DNA of 64,000 nt, taken from NCBI GenBank assembly GCA_033763315.1, contig JANRKS010000002.1, positions 480,001 to 544,000 of the forward strand, in the 5' to 3' direction. Under the pieces are notes generated by a model that was not told the origin of the DNA, did not search any database, and was given only the letters and a program-made list of their open reading frames with translations. Within the stretch, counting starts at the first letter, position 1. Each line of letters starts with the position of its first letter. A program made the translations under genes and the position numbers. The stretch is from Deltaproteobacteria bacterium (GTDB lineage: Bacteria; Myxococcota_A; Polyangia; Fen-1088). Positions 36,299-46,059 of the stretch are shown here, piece after piece.

Positions 36299-38398
36299 TT
36301 AAAGGGTTGTGATCGGGGGCGAAGACACATGCGACCATTCGAGGGTCATAAAGACGGCTCGACCTGGCAGCGGGAATCCAGTGAGATCGAAGATGGAAGC
36401 GTTGGTGAGATTTGTGGCGCTGAGCACGGCACGAACGCCTGAGGGTGGGTGGGCCACCTGCGCGCCAGCGCCCCACAACAGGCGTGCCGGGATCTGCTGC
36501 AGGTTTGCAGGATCGATGTAGTTCCCGGCGGTATAATCAAGGTCGCTGTAGAGGCCGGCTTGTAGCCCCATGCCCAAAGGAACGTTGATGAGTTCGGGCC
36601 GCGTGTAAGCGCGCGCACGAGGACGCAAAGGCAACTGGTTCCCATCACGGGAGGCCACGCCCGAGGTGTCGATGGCGCGCGTATACGTCGCCTGGGTGAA
36701 GAGGCGCAGGTGTCCAAAGATGGTGGCACTGACCGCCGCTTCAGCGCCGCCAACGCGCGCGTCGCCCACGTTCGACGCGCGGGCTTGGCCTTGCCCGCTG
36801 AGCTGAAACTGGATCAGATCCTCAACCCACGAAGCGAAAAGAGCGCTGTCCGCACACAAACCGAAGGCTTTGCGTTCGAAGGAGAAGCGTGCGCCCACAT
36901 CCATGTTGAGCCCGCGTTCGGGATCGATGGCAGGGTTAGGGACGATGAAGCCCGTATTGCCATAGCGTTCCGTGGTGGATGGTGCGCGAACGTACCGACC
37001 CACGTTCACGCGCAGCCCCACGTTATCACTCGGGTGTTGCGTGATGGAGGCGCGCAACACGGGGTAAAACGACGTGTGCGGCGCGCTGGCACTTGGTTCA
37101 TTCGTGAACATGTTGCGGCTGGTCAGCACGTCGCGAGAAACTTCCAAACGTGCCGACGGCGTGATTTCCACGCGGCTGCGTGCGAACCAAAGGCTGGGCT
37201 CAAGCCCCACGGCGCCGAACGTTCGCGTTCCGGGCGGGCCCGATGGCGTTTGTTTCTGCGCATCGTTTGGCGAGAATTGTTCGTGTCGGAAATCCAAGAC
37301 GCCGCGCAGACGGAACGTTTCATTGAAGGCACGATGCAAGCGCCACGTGTTTCCCACGGCCCAATGCTGATCGGTGCTGTCCGTGGGCGCGATGGCCACT
37401 TCACCCAGCAGATCACGGAACCGCTGCGACATGTGCAGCACATAGATGTTGGCGTGAATGCGGCTGTTGGCACCCAAGTCGCCCGCGCTGTTGTAGACAA
37501 CTTGCGCGGTCTGGCGCCCCAGGCCGAGCCGTGCTTGCTGCGATTGGCGAAGGCGGCCACCGGGCACACCCTGATCGCGATCGGTGAGGCTGGCCGCAAG
37601 GGAAAGCGTCCGTTGTTCGCCGAGCGGGAACACCACACGTGTGACGACGTCTTGCTGAGACAAGTCGTTGTTGCCTCGGATGGTGGTCACGTCGTCGGTG
37701 ACATCGAAGGCGGTGCCGTTGTTGTTGGCGTAGGTGAAGTTGCCATCCCACCTCATCGCCGACACGGCGGCGAAGGCTCGCACGCGCGCGCCCGCATAAG
37801 AGCCTGATACGGCGAGCCGCTGGTCCCCCCACGATCCCGCGCCCAGCGATCCGTGCACGCTGTTGTGGTCAGGCGTCTGCGTGCTAACCGACATCACGCC
37901 ACCCATGCCCGATGAACCAAACGCCACGGGGCTGCTGCCTTTAAAAAACTCCAGGCGTTGCATGCTGAACACGGGGATAAATCCAAGGTCCACGCCGCCG
38001 CCTGTGGCGAGGTTCAACGGGATGTCGTCGACGTAAACTTGCACTTGGTTGGGCGTAGAGCCGCGCACCGAGACAGTGGCCAAGGCTCCGATCCCGCCAT
38101 ACCTGGTGACGGCAACGCCGGGCAGCTCGGACACCAACTGTTCCATGGTTTCACCGCTGCGCGCGGTGCGGTTGCGCGTGATCACCGCGACGGAGGCACC
38201 TTCGTCCTTGCGGCTGACGAACGCGTCTCGATCGGCCTTGACGATGGTTTCATAGATTGGCGCGGCGGCGTCTTCGGCCTGCGCGCTTGCCATGCACACG
38301 AACGAACACACGCTCGCAAACAGCGAGACGAGGCGTCGTATCTTTGTGTGGCCAACCATCGTGTCCATCGCACGGTGGTTGCGTGTTCGTGGGAACAT
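36299..38398 (-). CDS. btuB: TonB-dependent receptor, BtuB-like
   Basis: TonB box ETIVKA, plug LPGV...SVRGS...VYVDDIPL, RLE.FKG, NP.IDPE, C-terminal NL...GFPLPGR; downstream of the cobalamin riboswitch; exact start uncertain. Confidence 0.85.
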   Translation of the reverse strand: MFPRTRNHRAMDTMVGHTKIRRLVSLFASVCSFVCMASAQAEDAAAPIYETIVKADRDAFVSRKDEGASVAVITRNRTARSGETMEQLVSELPGVAVTRYGGIGALATVSVRGSTPNQVQVYVDDIPLNLATGGGVDLGFIPVFSMQRLEFFKGSSPVAFGSSGMGGVMSVSTQTPDHNSVHGSLGAGSWGDQRLAVSGSYAGARVRAFAAVSAMRWDGNFTYANNNGTAFDVTDDVTTIRGNNDLSQQDVVTRVVFPLGEQRTLSLAASLTDRDQGVPGGRLRQSQQARLGLGRQTAQVVYNSAGDLGANSRIHANIYVLHMSQRFRDLLGEVAIAPTDSTDQHWAVGNTWRLHRAFNETFRLRGVLDFRHEQFSPNDAQKQTPSGPPGTRTFGAVGLEPSLWFARSRVEITPSARLEVSRDVLTSRNMFTNEPSASAPHTSFYPVLRASITQHPSDNVGLRVNVGRYVRAPSTTERYGNTGFIVPNPAIDPERGLNMDVGARFSFERKAFGLCADSALFASWVEDLIQFQLSGQGQARASNVGDARVGGAEAAVSATIFGHLRLFTQATYTRAIDTSGVASRDGNQLPLRPRARAYTRPELINVPLGMGLQAGLYSDLDYTAGNYIDPANLQQIPARLLWGAGAQVAHPPSGVRAVLSATNLTNASIFDLTGFPLPGRAVFMTLEWSHVSSPPITTL

Positions 38399-38432
38399 AA
38401 AAACCCCCACCGCTTTTGGAACAGTGGGGGTA
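38399..38432 (-). terminator. Riboswitch expression-platform hairpin (terminator/sequestrator)
   Basis: Minus strand ACCCCCACTG-ttccaaaag-CGGTGGGGGT followed by TTTT and then ATG. Confidence 0.65.
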
Positions 38433-38491
38433 TGACGACGGCGTGAACCGTCTGCACACCCATCTTCCGCGAGACGGCGTAAAGCAAAACC

Positions 38492-38688
38492 TTGTTGGCA
38501 GGTCTCCTGGCTTGGGGTGCTGGCGACGAGCGACAGCGTCTTTGCCGGCCTTCCCAGTTGCTGCAATGCAACCAGTGGCTTTGAGAGGCAAAGGTTTTTC
38601 CCTTAACAGTGGCGGGACCGCGTCGGATTCACACCGACTTCCCTTTTCAGAACGTGGCCCTCATTGCGAGCTCCACATTCACCAACAA
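38492..38688 (-). promoter_or_regulatory. Cobalamin (AdoCbl) riboswitch
   Basis: Minus strand AAAAGGGAAGTCGGTGTGAATCCGACGCGGTCCCGCCACTGT ... GCCACTG ... GGGAAGGC ... B12 box AGCCAGGAGACCTGCC; P1 TTGTTGG/CCAACAA. Confidence 0.95.
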
Positions 38689-38718
38689 CGAAATATTTAA
38701 TTGTGAAAGAACGCGCGG

Positions 38719-38748
38719 AACCTACATCTTCGCCGTCGCATTCGTCAA
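38719..38748 (-). promoter_or_regulatory. Putative sigma-70 promoter for the riboswitch-btuB unit
   Basis: TTGACG-N18-TAGGTT just upstream of the aptamer. Confidence 0.5.
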
Positions 38749-38808
38749 GCGAGCCGAGCGGCTATTGCGCAACCCCTGGATCTAGCAGTGCTTCTGGGGA
38801 GGCCTTGC

Positions 38809-40770
38809 CTAGGGGTCGCGGGCGCGGCCCTCAAACAACAGGGTCTTCTTGGTGCCGGTGGCCTGCGTTTGACCCGGGGGTGGGCTTTGATCTTCCAAAG
38901 CGAACACGGCAAATGACTCCACGCGGTCGGCCGGATGGCCTGTGCGTTTGTGATGGCTCAAGATCCAGTCGCCAAACGCCCCAAAATATTCAGGCCGGTT
39001 GGCGATCTGGTTAATGTAGTCGCAGAAGAACTCGTCGTTGCCCAATCGTTCTGGTATTTCCGTGACAGGCGCGGGCGAAACGCGGGCGCTGGCGATTGCC
39101 AAAGGATCGATGATGCGGCCATCCACGGTGCGCGCTTCGACCGCGATCATTTGATCGGTCGTTGGTGCATTGGGAGCGAACATGCTCCACCCTTCGAGCA
39201 GGCGTGGGTATTCAACCACCGCCTGCAAGAACGCGGGCTGCGGTATCTTCAACGCGTGCGGCACGGCCGCGTTCTCTTTGAGCCCTTGCAAAACGCACGC
39301 GCACACAACGATCAACAGCACGCACTCACGGACGGTGGCGAACCGTGCGTCCAACCAATCGTGCAAGGGTGTGCGCCAAGGTGCAGGGGGCGCGGCCACG
39401 CCGGTTGAGCCGGGAATTCCGCACGCCGCCATGCCAAGCAAGGCCGAAACATGCGCACGGTTGCGTGAGAACGCCTTGTAAAACGGATTTGCCACCCACA
39501 AAACGGGAGGCATTTGCAGCAGCCATCCTAGGGGCGCCAAGCCCGGCAATGCGCAAAAGATCTGCGCAAAGGCCGCCGATTCTGTGAAGCGCCGGCCGGT
39601 GGCAGGATCGTCGACAACGATGGTTCGCAAAATGAGGTCTTCAGACAGCGAAGCGGGACGATCTTCGCTGTCGTTCGCACGCAACGTTAAGCGGCCAAGC
39701 AGGTCCATGCGCGCCAACCAACGTGCCAAGGCGAAGCACACGCCGCAGCCAGCGTCGAAGTAAACCACGCGCGCGCGTTTGGGTGCCGGGCCAAACCATC
39801 GTGCGAGGCTGGCCCAGTCTGCGTCCGTTAACAGGACAACAAAGAAGCCCAGCATGTTGAAGGAGAACATACCCAGGTTCAAAAACGCGGCGAAGCCCAT
39901 GTGCAGGGCGATGGCGAACACTAGGGCGCCTCTGCGGCAGCGCTTCCATTGCCACGGACACACCAACAACATCGCGATCGCGGCTTCAATGCCCAGGGCT
40001 GACCACGTGGCGGCTTTCGACGCGACCCAAGAAACGTGGGGCCGAATCAGATGCCCCAGCCACGTCACGATGCGATCTTGGTGAAGCACGTAATGAAACG
40101 CGGAGCCGTCTTTCCACGTGACGCCGGTTTTGTGAATCACGTTGAAGAAGTAAATGGCCACCAGCTGCAACAGAACCGCGAACACCGCGAAGCTCGCAAC
40201 CGGCTCGTGAGGGCCGGCGAAAGCCTGGCGGTCGGCCAGCGACTCAGGCCGCAGCTCTTTACGCGACCGCAGGCTGGTTGCGACGGCATCGATGGAGAAG
40301 CGAATGCCCAAGGGCAAAAACAGTGTGAAGGCGCACAACAAGTGCAGCGTCACTTCGCTGCCGTCTTCAAACAGCTGCGTGCGGCCGTGCAGGCTCAGCA
40401 GCGCCACAAAGGATAGGGCATGAAACAGACGCGTCTTGTAGCCCAATGTGAAGGCCGCATACACGAGGCCGCAAAGGGTAAACAGAACCGCCGCTTGCCC
40501 CGCCGTGCTTGCGGTGAAGAACAGTGAGATCTGCGGCTGCGAGGGAGGACGCCACAACAACGTGTGATTGGGCAACAGCCCCGCGTTGGTGTACCAGGTT
40601 TGCAGGACGCACCAACGCCGCAACAGGTCGGCGATCAACAAAGCGCCCAGGACCAGGCGCATCAAACCCAAACTGCGCGGATCCGCCTGCAACCAGCGCG
40701 CGGCGAGGGCGGGGTTTCGTGCCGCCCAGGTGTGCAGCCACGCGGGTGTGCGATCTGTTTTGTGATCCAT
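38809..40770 (-). CDS. HTTM-domain membrane protein fused to DCC (DUF393) thiol-disulfide oxidoreductase domain
   Basis: DPRSLG..R, LPLG.RFSIDA, Y..N.IHK...W.DG, LHMGF; FDAGCGVC; C-terminal GWSMFAP domain. Confidence 0.8.
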   Translation of the reverse strand: MDHKTDRTPAWLHTWAARNPALAARWLQADPRSLGLMRLVLGALLIADLLRRWCVLQTWYTNAGLLPNHTLLWRPPSQPQISLFFTASTAGQAAVLFTLCGLVYAAFTLGYKTRLFHALSFVALLSLHGRTQLFEDGSEVTLHLLCAFTLFLPLGIRFSIDAVATSLRSRKELRPESLADRQAFAGPHEPVASFAVFAVLLQLVAIYFFNVIHKTGVTWKDGSAFHYVLHQDRIVTWLGHLIRPHVSWVASKAATWSALGIEAAIAMLLVCPWQWKRCRRGALVFAIALHMGFAAFLNLGMFSFNMLGFFVVLLTDADWASLARWFGPAPKRARVVYFDAGCGVCFALARWLARMDLLGRLTLRANDSEDRPASLSEDLILRTIVVDDPATGRRFTESAAFAQIFCALPGLAPLGWLLQMPPVLWVANPFYKAFSRNRAHVSALLGMAACGIPGSTGVAAPPAPWRTPLHDWLDARFATVRECVLLIVVCACVLQGLKENAAVPHALKIPQPAFLQAVVEYPRLLEGWSMFAPNAPTTDQMIAVEARTVDGRIIDPLAIASARVSPAPVTEIPERLGNDEFFCDYINQIANRPEYFGAFGDWILSHHKRTGHPADRVESFAVFALEDQSPPPGQTQATGTKKTLLFEGRARDP

Positions 40771-40771
40771 G

Positions 40772-41755
40772 TTAGGGCGCAAGGGCGCGTTGTCTGATGA
40801 TAGATGCTAGCGCCTCTGCGGCGTCAATGACAGCCAAGCCTGGATCCGTCAGCAGCGATGCGGGCAATTCCACGAACCTATCGGGTTTGCGGCAAGCGGT
40901 TAACTGGTCAAGCCCAGGGTGTTTGCACAACTTCGTGCCCATCCCCACCTGGGTCAGCACCACATCTGGATCTATCGCAAGAAGATCTTCATGCGTGTAA
41001 GCGGGCCAGCCATGAAACTTTGCTTCGGCGGCGTCTTGCAACCCCGCGGCGACGATCACGTCATGCAAGCTGCTGCCCACGGTACCGCCATACATTTTGT
41101 CGCCATGAATACCGACATAAATCGCTCGCCACGGCAGCCGACCGCCGCGCGCAAGCGCATCAAGGCGACGGTTCACTTGCGCCAACAAAGCCTGCCCACG
41201 TTCAGGCGCGCCCAGCAACTGTGAGAGCGTATTGATGTTGCCTTGCAATGTTGAAAGTCCCTCCATGGGGCCCAAGTCGAACACCGCCACGCCCGCGTCG
41301 CGCAAACGACGAATGTGCGCGCGATCGGACATTGAGCTCACGATGAACAAATCCGGCTGCAGATTGAGCAACCCTTCGACATCTTCAAGCGCCGCCAAGT
41401 GGGGGCGGCCCGCAAACCGGTGGTTTGCTGCCAGTTCGTTTGCATACGGCGAAAACGCCGCGATGCGATCGGGTTCGGCCAACGCCAACAACAACCCATC
41501 GGCCACGATGTTGCCACTGGCGACGCGAGAAAAATGCTTCACGGGCACGGGCGTGTCGGAGGCATCGTAAAGCCCGCGGCACGGTGACACCCGATCAACA
41601 CACGCGCTGGCGGGAAGATCCACCAACTGACCGGTGAACGTGCCGGCACTTTTTGTCGGTGCCGATTCGTACGCCAAGCCGACGCCCAACGATGCGCCCA
41701 CCGCACACATCGCCGCGATCGCGTTGATCAGAGTCAGGTGCGCGCGCTGCTTCAC
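40772..41755 (-). CDS. ABC transporter substrate-binding protein (BtuF-like)
   Basis: RVASG, EGLLNLQPDL, G.PERG, E.LLAIDPDV, DPGL; GTG start overlaps the permease stop. Confidence 0.8.
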   Translation of the reverse strand: MKQRAHLTLINAIAAMCAVGASLGVGLAYESAPTKSAGTFTGQLVDLPASACVDRVSPCRGLYDASDTPVPVKHFSRVASGNIVADGLLLALAEPDRIAAFSPYANELAANHRFAGRPHLAALEDVEGLLNLQPDLFIVSSMSDRAHIRRLRDAGVAVFDLGPMEGLSTLQGNINTLSQLLGAPERGQALLAQVNRRLDALARGGRLPWRAIYVGIHGDKMYGGTVGSSLHDVIVAAGLQDAAEAKFHGWPAYTHEDLLAIDPDVVLTQVGMGTKLCKHPGLDQLTACRKPDRFVELPASLLTDPGLAVIDAAEALASIIRQRALAP

Positions 41756-42771
41756 TCGGCCCTCCGGCTGCGCAACAGCAGCACCAAGAACACCGGCGCA
41801 CCAATGAGACCCGTGACCACCCCGAGGGGCACTTCGCTGCGGGTGGGCAGCACGCGGCACAGCACATCGCAGGCGGCCACGAAGATGCCGCCACCCAAAG
41901 CGCACGCCGGAATCAGCGTGCGATGTTTAACGCCAGCAAACGGCCGCAGCGCGTGCGGCACCACCAAGCCCACGAACCCCACGGTGCCTGCGACAGCGAC
42001 GGCGGCGCCCGTGATCACCGCGGTCCACACGACCACCCAGCGGCGTAAGCTTTCCACTTCGACGCCCAGTGAGGCGGCTTCTTCGGGGCCCGACAACATG
42101 GCGTCCAAAGATCGACCCCAAAACCACGCGGCTGTGGTGCCGCCCAGCACCAGAGGCAAGGCCATCAAGATGGGTCGTGGTCCCACGCCGCTTACATCAC
42201 CCAACGTGAAGGCCATCATCGCGCGCGCCAATTCCCAGCGCTCCTGCGCAAGCGACGCCAAGAAGGCGCCCAAACTGATGAACAAAGACGAAAGCAAAAA
42301 GCCCGTCAGCAACAACACGAACAGATCGTTTTCGTTGCGTGCCACCAACATAAGCACGAACAAAGCGACCATGCCGCCGACAATGCAACCCATAGGCAAG
42401 AACAGCTCACCATGCGTGGCGCCGGCGATGCCTAGGCTGGCCATCAAGAGTGCGGCGCGGCCGCCGAGCGCGGCGCCGGCCGTGGTGCCCAAAATGTCTG
42501 GGCTCGCCAATGGGTTGCGAAACAGACCTTGCACAAGCACGCCGCCGACGGCCAAGGCGGCGCCCGACACCAGCGCGGCGCTCAAACGCAAGGCGCGCAA
42601 AGTAAGCAGCGTTCCGCGGAGCGCTCCTGTGGACAAGGAAGCGCGCCCCCATAGAAGCGATGCCGTCACCGTCAACAACAGCAGCACGATGAGCACACCG
42701 TAAACGCGCGGCGCGGTTCTCGTTGTGGGCGCAGCGGTGGCAACAGGCTGGGTGGCAGGCACAGCCGTCAT
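41752..42771 (-). CDS. ABC transporter permease FecCD/BtuC family
   Basis: QGLFRNPLASP, EAASLGV, GTVGFVGLVVPH, EVPLGVVT.LIGAPVF. Confidence 0.92.
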   Translation of the reverse strand: MTAVPATQPVATAAPTTRTAPRVYGVLIVLLLLTVTASLLWGRASLSTGALRGTLLTLRALRLSAALVSGAALAVGGVLVQGLFRNPLASPDILGTTAGAALGGRAALLMASLGIAGATHGELFLPMGCIVGGMVALFVLMLVARNENDLFVLLLTGFLLSSLFISLGAFLASLAQERWELARAMMAFTLGDVSGVGPRPILMALPLVLGGTTAAWFWGRSLDAMLSGPEEAASLGVEVESLRRWVVVWTAVITGAAVAVAGTVGFVGLVVPHALRPFAGVKHRTLIPACALGGGIFVAACDVLCRVLPTRSEVPLGVVTGLIGAPVFLVLLLRSRRAE

Positions 42772-43853
42772 TTGGCGGGGCCCAAAACGTGGCCGCGGTT
42801 GGCGGCGGCGGCCTCCACCGGACGCGACAGCACGATGTCCTTGCCCGCCGAGTGCCCGCTTTGCCACGCTTCACCGGCTTGGTAGCTCAGCGATGACGTG
42901 CTTCGCCGGCGTGGGTAGCGGCGCTCAAGATACTCGCGCAGTTGCGGATCGCCTTTCCACACCAACCCTTCTTGCCTGTTCTCCACCGCGCCCGCACTGA
43001 GCTTGGCTTCGAACCCCATCACCACACCCAAAATGAATTCGCGTTTATCAGCGTCAGACTTGATCTTCTTTGCGCGCTTGTGTCCACGCCACAAACGTTC
43101 GGCGGTGGCCAATAAGAAATCATGCACCCATGCCGCCACTTCAAGGTTGCTGGGCGTGCCACACAGCTCAAGGATCCACGCGTCTTTGGCTTGATCCACG
43201 CGGTAGTAGGGCACCCATATTGGCGACACGAAAAAGAAGCGTTCAAGCAGGCCGCCCATCGCCTTCTCGGCTGCCGTGCGCCTGCCTTTGGCGATTCCCA
43301 CGTGGCGAAAGGAGTAGCCCTCGCGCGCTTGTGCCTCGGCCGCATCGATGTTGTGCTTCAACATCAAGCGCTGCGCTTGCTTCATCGCGTTTTCAGCCTC
43401 ATGCAGGTTGGGGCTGCCGGCCAACGCAAGCAGCTTGGCGATGCGGCGTAAAACTGGCTGCGCTTCGCTGTCTTCATCCCGCTTGGGTGGGCGGCCAGCC
43501 GCGCTGCCGTCAATGCCATGCAAATCACAGATGCGCTGAAAATTGGGGCCGTGTGCCGTTTCATCTTTGATGCCCAACACCTCATGCACAAACTGGTGCG
43601 CCACCTCGTGTTTGAGCACCTCAACCACCTCGGTCCATGGCGATTCCACCACGAACGTGCGGCTAAACGACATCGTGCGATCGCTTGGGCTCCAAAGGCC
43701 AAGGCGAGATGTGCCGTCGTGAAGCATCAACACGGGCGGACGCAACGAGCGCCGGAACAATTGAAAGTTTATCCCACGCCACGCCGAAAGCAGCGCGCGC
43801 AGCAACGCCGTTTCAAGTTCAACCGTCAGCTCGCGCAGCTTTGTGGCACCCAT
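42768..43853 (-). CDS. SprT-like zinc metalloprotease domain + DUF2786 protein
   Basis: LKHEVAHQ (HExxH), HGPNF; RIAKLLALA.SPN.HEA..A..AQRLM.KHNI. Confidence 0.8.
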   Translation of the reverse strand: MGATKLRELTVELETALLRALLSAWRGINFQLFRRSLRPPVLMLHDGTSRLGLWSPSDRTMSFSRTFVVESPWTEVVEVLKHEVAHQFVHEVLGIKDETAHGPNFQRICDLHGIDGSAAGRPPKRDEDSEAQPVLRRIAKLLALAGSPNLHEAENAMKQAQRLMLKHNIDAAEAQAREGYSFRHVGIAKGRRTAAEKAMGGLLERFFFVSPIWVPYYRVDQAKDAWILELCGTPSNLEVAAWVHDFLLATAERLWRGHKRAKKIKSDADKREFILGVVMGFEAKLSAGAVENRQEGLVWKGDPQLREYLERRYPRRRSTSSLSYQAGEAWQSGHSAGKDIVLSRPVEAAAANRGHVLGPAK

Positions 43854-43862
43854 GATCCTTGG

Positions 43863-44156
43863 TCACCCTTGCTGCGCCTGCGTACCAAATGTGCTCACGA
43901 GGTACAAGACACCCAACACGATAAACAGCGCGCCCGCCCCGCGCTTAAGCCACATCGGGTTCACGACGCGGCCAATGGCGCCGCCCGCCACCACCGCGAT
44001 CGCCGACGTGGCAACCAGCGCTGCCGCGGAGCCGATGAAGATCGTCCAACGTGACGTGCCACCGGCCGCCAGCGAAAACGTGGCCAGCTGCGTTTTATCG
44101 CCCAACTCAGCGACGAAAACCGTGATGAAGGCTGTGGCTAAAGCTTTCCAATCCAT
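43863..44156 (-). CDS. TMEM165/GDT1 (UPF0016) single-domain membrane protein
   Basis: AELGDKTQ signature, three TM helices, 97 aa. Confidence 0.92.
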   Translation of the reverse strand: MDWKALATAFITVFVAELGDKTQLATFSLAAGGTSRWTIFIGSAAALVATSAIAVVAGGAIGRVVNPMWLKRGAGALFIVLGVLYLVSTFGTQAQQG

Positions 44157-44174
44157 AGCGGCATCATGGCACGG

Positions 44175-45062
44175 CTAACGGGGGGCGGGGCCCACAAAGC
44201 GAGCCACCGTGGCGAGCACTTCGGGATCGCGCAAGATTCGGTTGTGGCCAAGTCCTTGGGTGCGAAACAGCGTTCCCGTGCTGGTTTGCTGCAACAAAGA
44301 TTCCGTCAGTTTAAAGTCGGCTTTGTCGTCGTGCTCGTCGTGCACCACCAAGAACGGCACGGGCGCCTTCGTCAGCGTGCTGGCCATCGCCAATTCTCCA
44401 CGTTGCACCCCGAACGACCGCGCCGCCCGTTCAAGCAACCGCCCTTCGTGTTTGGGTCCCACCCGGATGTTCTTCAAGAACAGATGCCAGAAGTTTTCCA
44501 GATCGACCGGTGGCGAAATGAACACGGCCTTCTGCAACGCCAAGCCGCGGGTCAGCGCGAGCGCCACGGCGGGGCCGCCCAAGGAATGCGTGACCGCTGC
44601 AACATAACCGCCGTCGCGGGCACCCAGGTCCAAGACCACATCGGCGAAGTTCGCCACCGATGAGCGCCTGTGCGAACTTTCACCGTGTGCAGGCCCGTCG
44701 ATTGCCACCACCTGGTAACCGAGCAACAACAATGGATCCACAAGCGGCGTCATCTGCGATGCGCGACCGCCCCACCCGTGAACCAAGAGCGCCCGGGGGC
44801 CTTGACCCCACGACCACATCACCAGCTTATACCCTTGGCTCCGCACGACGCTGCGCTGGCCTCGGGCCAACACGTCGGCTTGCCGCGGGTGCACCTTCAT
44901 CCCGCGCGGCGCCCAGAAGAACGCCCACCAGGCCAGCTCCGCTGCCAGCCCGGGCGAGAACCTCGACACCTTCTTGAGCAGCCGAGGCACGGCCTCGTCA
45001 AGCCCCGGAGGCGCGCCAGTGTCTTTCACGGACGGCGATCGCGGGTTTTGCGGCGTGGTCAT
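44175..45062 (-). CDS. Alpha/beta hydrolase
   Basis: LVHGWGG, D.PAHG.S, HSLGG, VHDEHD, GLGH.RIL. Confidence 0.9.
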   Translation of the reverse strand: MTTPQNPRSPSVKDTGAPPGLDEAVPRLLKKVSRFSPGLAAELAWWAFFWAPRGMKVHPRQADVLARGQRSVVRSQGYKLVMWSWGQGPRALLVHGWGGRASQMTPLVDPLLLLGYQVVAIDGPAHGESSHRRSSVANFADVVLDLGARDGGYVAAVTHSLGGPAVALALTRGLALQKAVFISPPVDLENFWHLFLKNIRVGPKHEGRLLERAARSFGVQRGELAMASTLTKAPVPFLVVHDEHDDKADFKLTESLLQQTSTGTLFRTQGLGHNRILRDPEVLATVARFVGPAPR

Positions 45063-45940
45063 GACGGAAGCTTAGCGTCTGTGGATGCGCGCAGGTGGCG
45101 GGCCACCAATTCTGGTTCGCACGCGTCCACGCTTATGCGCGTGGGCCCCAAGGGGCGCTTCAACAGCGAGCCAAACGTTTCATTCCACGCCACTTGCAGC
45201 CACGCCTGCCAGGCGTGTTTCATGGTGACCCGAAGGCGGCTTGCGTAGTTGGTGAAGCCCCGCAGGTCTTTGAATTGATCCATACCCAACATCATGAAGG
45301 GATCGGGAACCAGGTTGTCGGGTATGGGGCGTGCGGGCACGTGAGGATCGGCATTGAACTCTTTGATTTCAAGCAACAGCCTGCGGTGGTAGCCCCCGTC
45401 TTCAATCAGCGAGCGCAACGCCCGGCTTTGCGGGTGAGATCCATCGAGCACGGCGCGGGTTTGCAGCTCCAACGCTTGCATGCCGTCTTCGTGAGCACGC
45501 AACAGCACGAAGTCATAAACAGGGTGTCGGTGAAAGGTCTGCAGGATGTGTTCAATGATCACGTCGCGCGGAGAAAACAAACCCATCGGGTCCATCATGG
45601 TGGCAGGGCCGGCGATGAAGCGCCGGACGTTGTGGAACACCCAAGGAATGCCTTGGCTCTGGTAGAACAATTTTGTTTCTTCGGCCGCGCTCAACATCAT
45701 TTGGTCGCGCGCAGCCACCAACATCTGCGCTGTGCTTGGTTGCGCTTCGATGTGCCCGAGCTCATGCAGACGCTCGAGCCGCATGCGCACAAGCCCCGGC
45801 AACACATAACCCGCGAGCAAGCCAACGAGATGGACGAGCTTATTCGCGTTCGCACGCAGGCCACCCAAGACGTCTAACAGCAATCGCACACGTGAGCGTG
45901 ACAACCACGCAGGTGGTGTGGCGCTTTGCCGAGTGGCCAT
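45059..45940 (-). CDS. Hypothetical protein
   Basis: Long ORF with protein-like composition; stop overlaps the hydrolase ATG; start uncertain. Confidence 0.7.
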   Translation of the reverse strand: MATRQSATPPAWLSRSRVRLLLDVLGGLRANANKLVHLVGLLAGYVLPGLVRMRLERLHELGHIEAQPSTAQMLVAARDQMMLSAAEETKLFYQSQGIPWVFHNVRRFIAGPATMMDPMGLFSPRDVIIEHILQTFHRHPVYDFVLLRAHEDGMQALELQTRAVLDGSHPQSRALRSLIEDGGYHRRLLLEIKEFNADPHVPARPIPDNLVPDPFMMLGMDQFKDLRGFTNYASRLRVTMKHAWQAWLQVAWNETFGSLLKRPLGPTRISVDACEPELVARHLRASTDAKLPS

Positions 45941-46059
45941 CGACGTGTCCATCATCGTGGGTAAAAAGCCTACCATGTCGCATGAATCTTTGATGCGTAT
46001 CACCAAGAAGCAGCGAAGGAACTAGCGGAATTTTTTTTAACTCTGTTATCGTCATTCGC

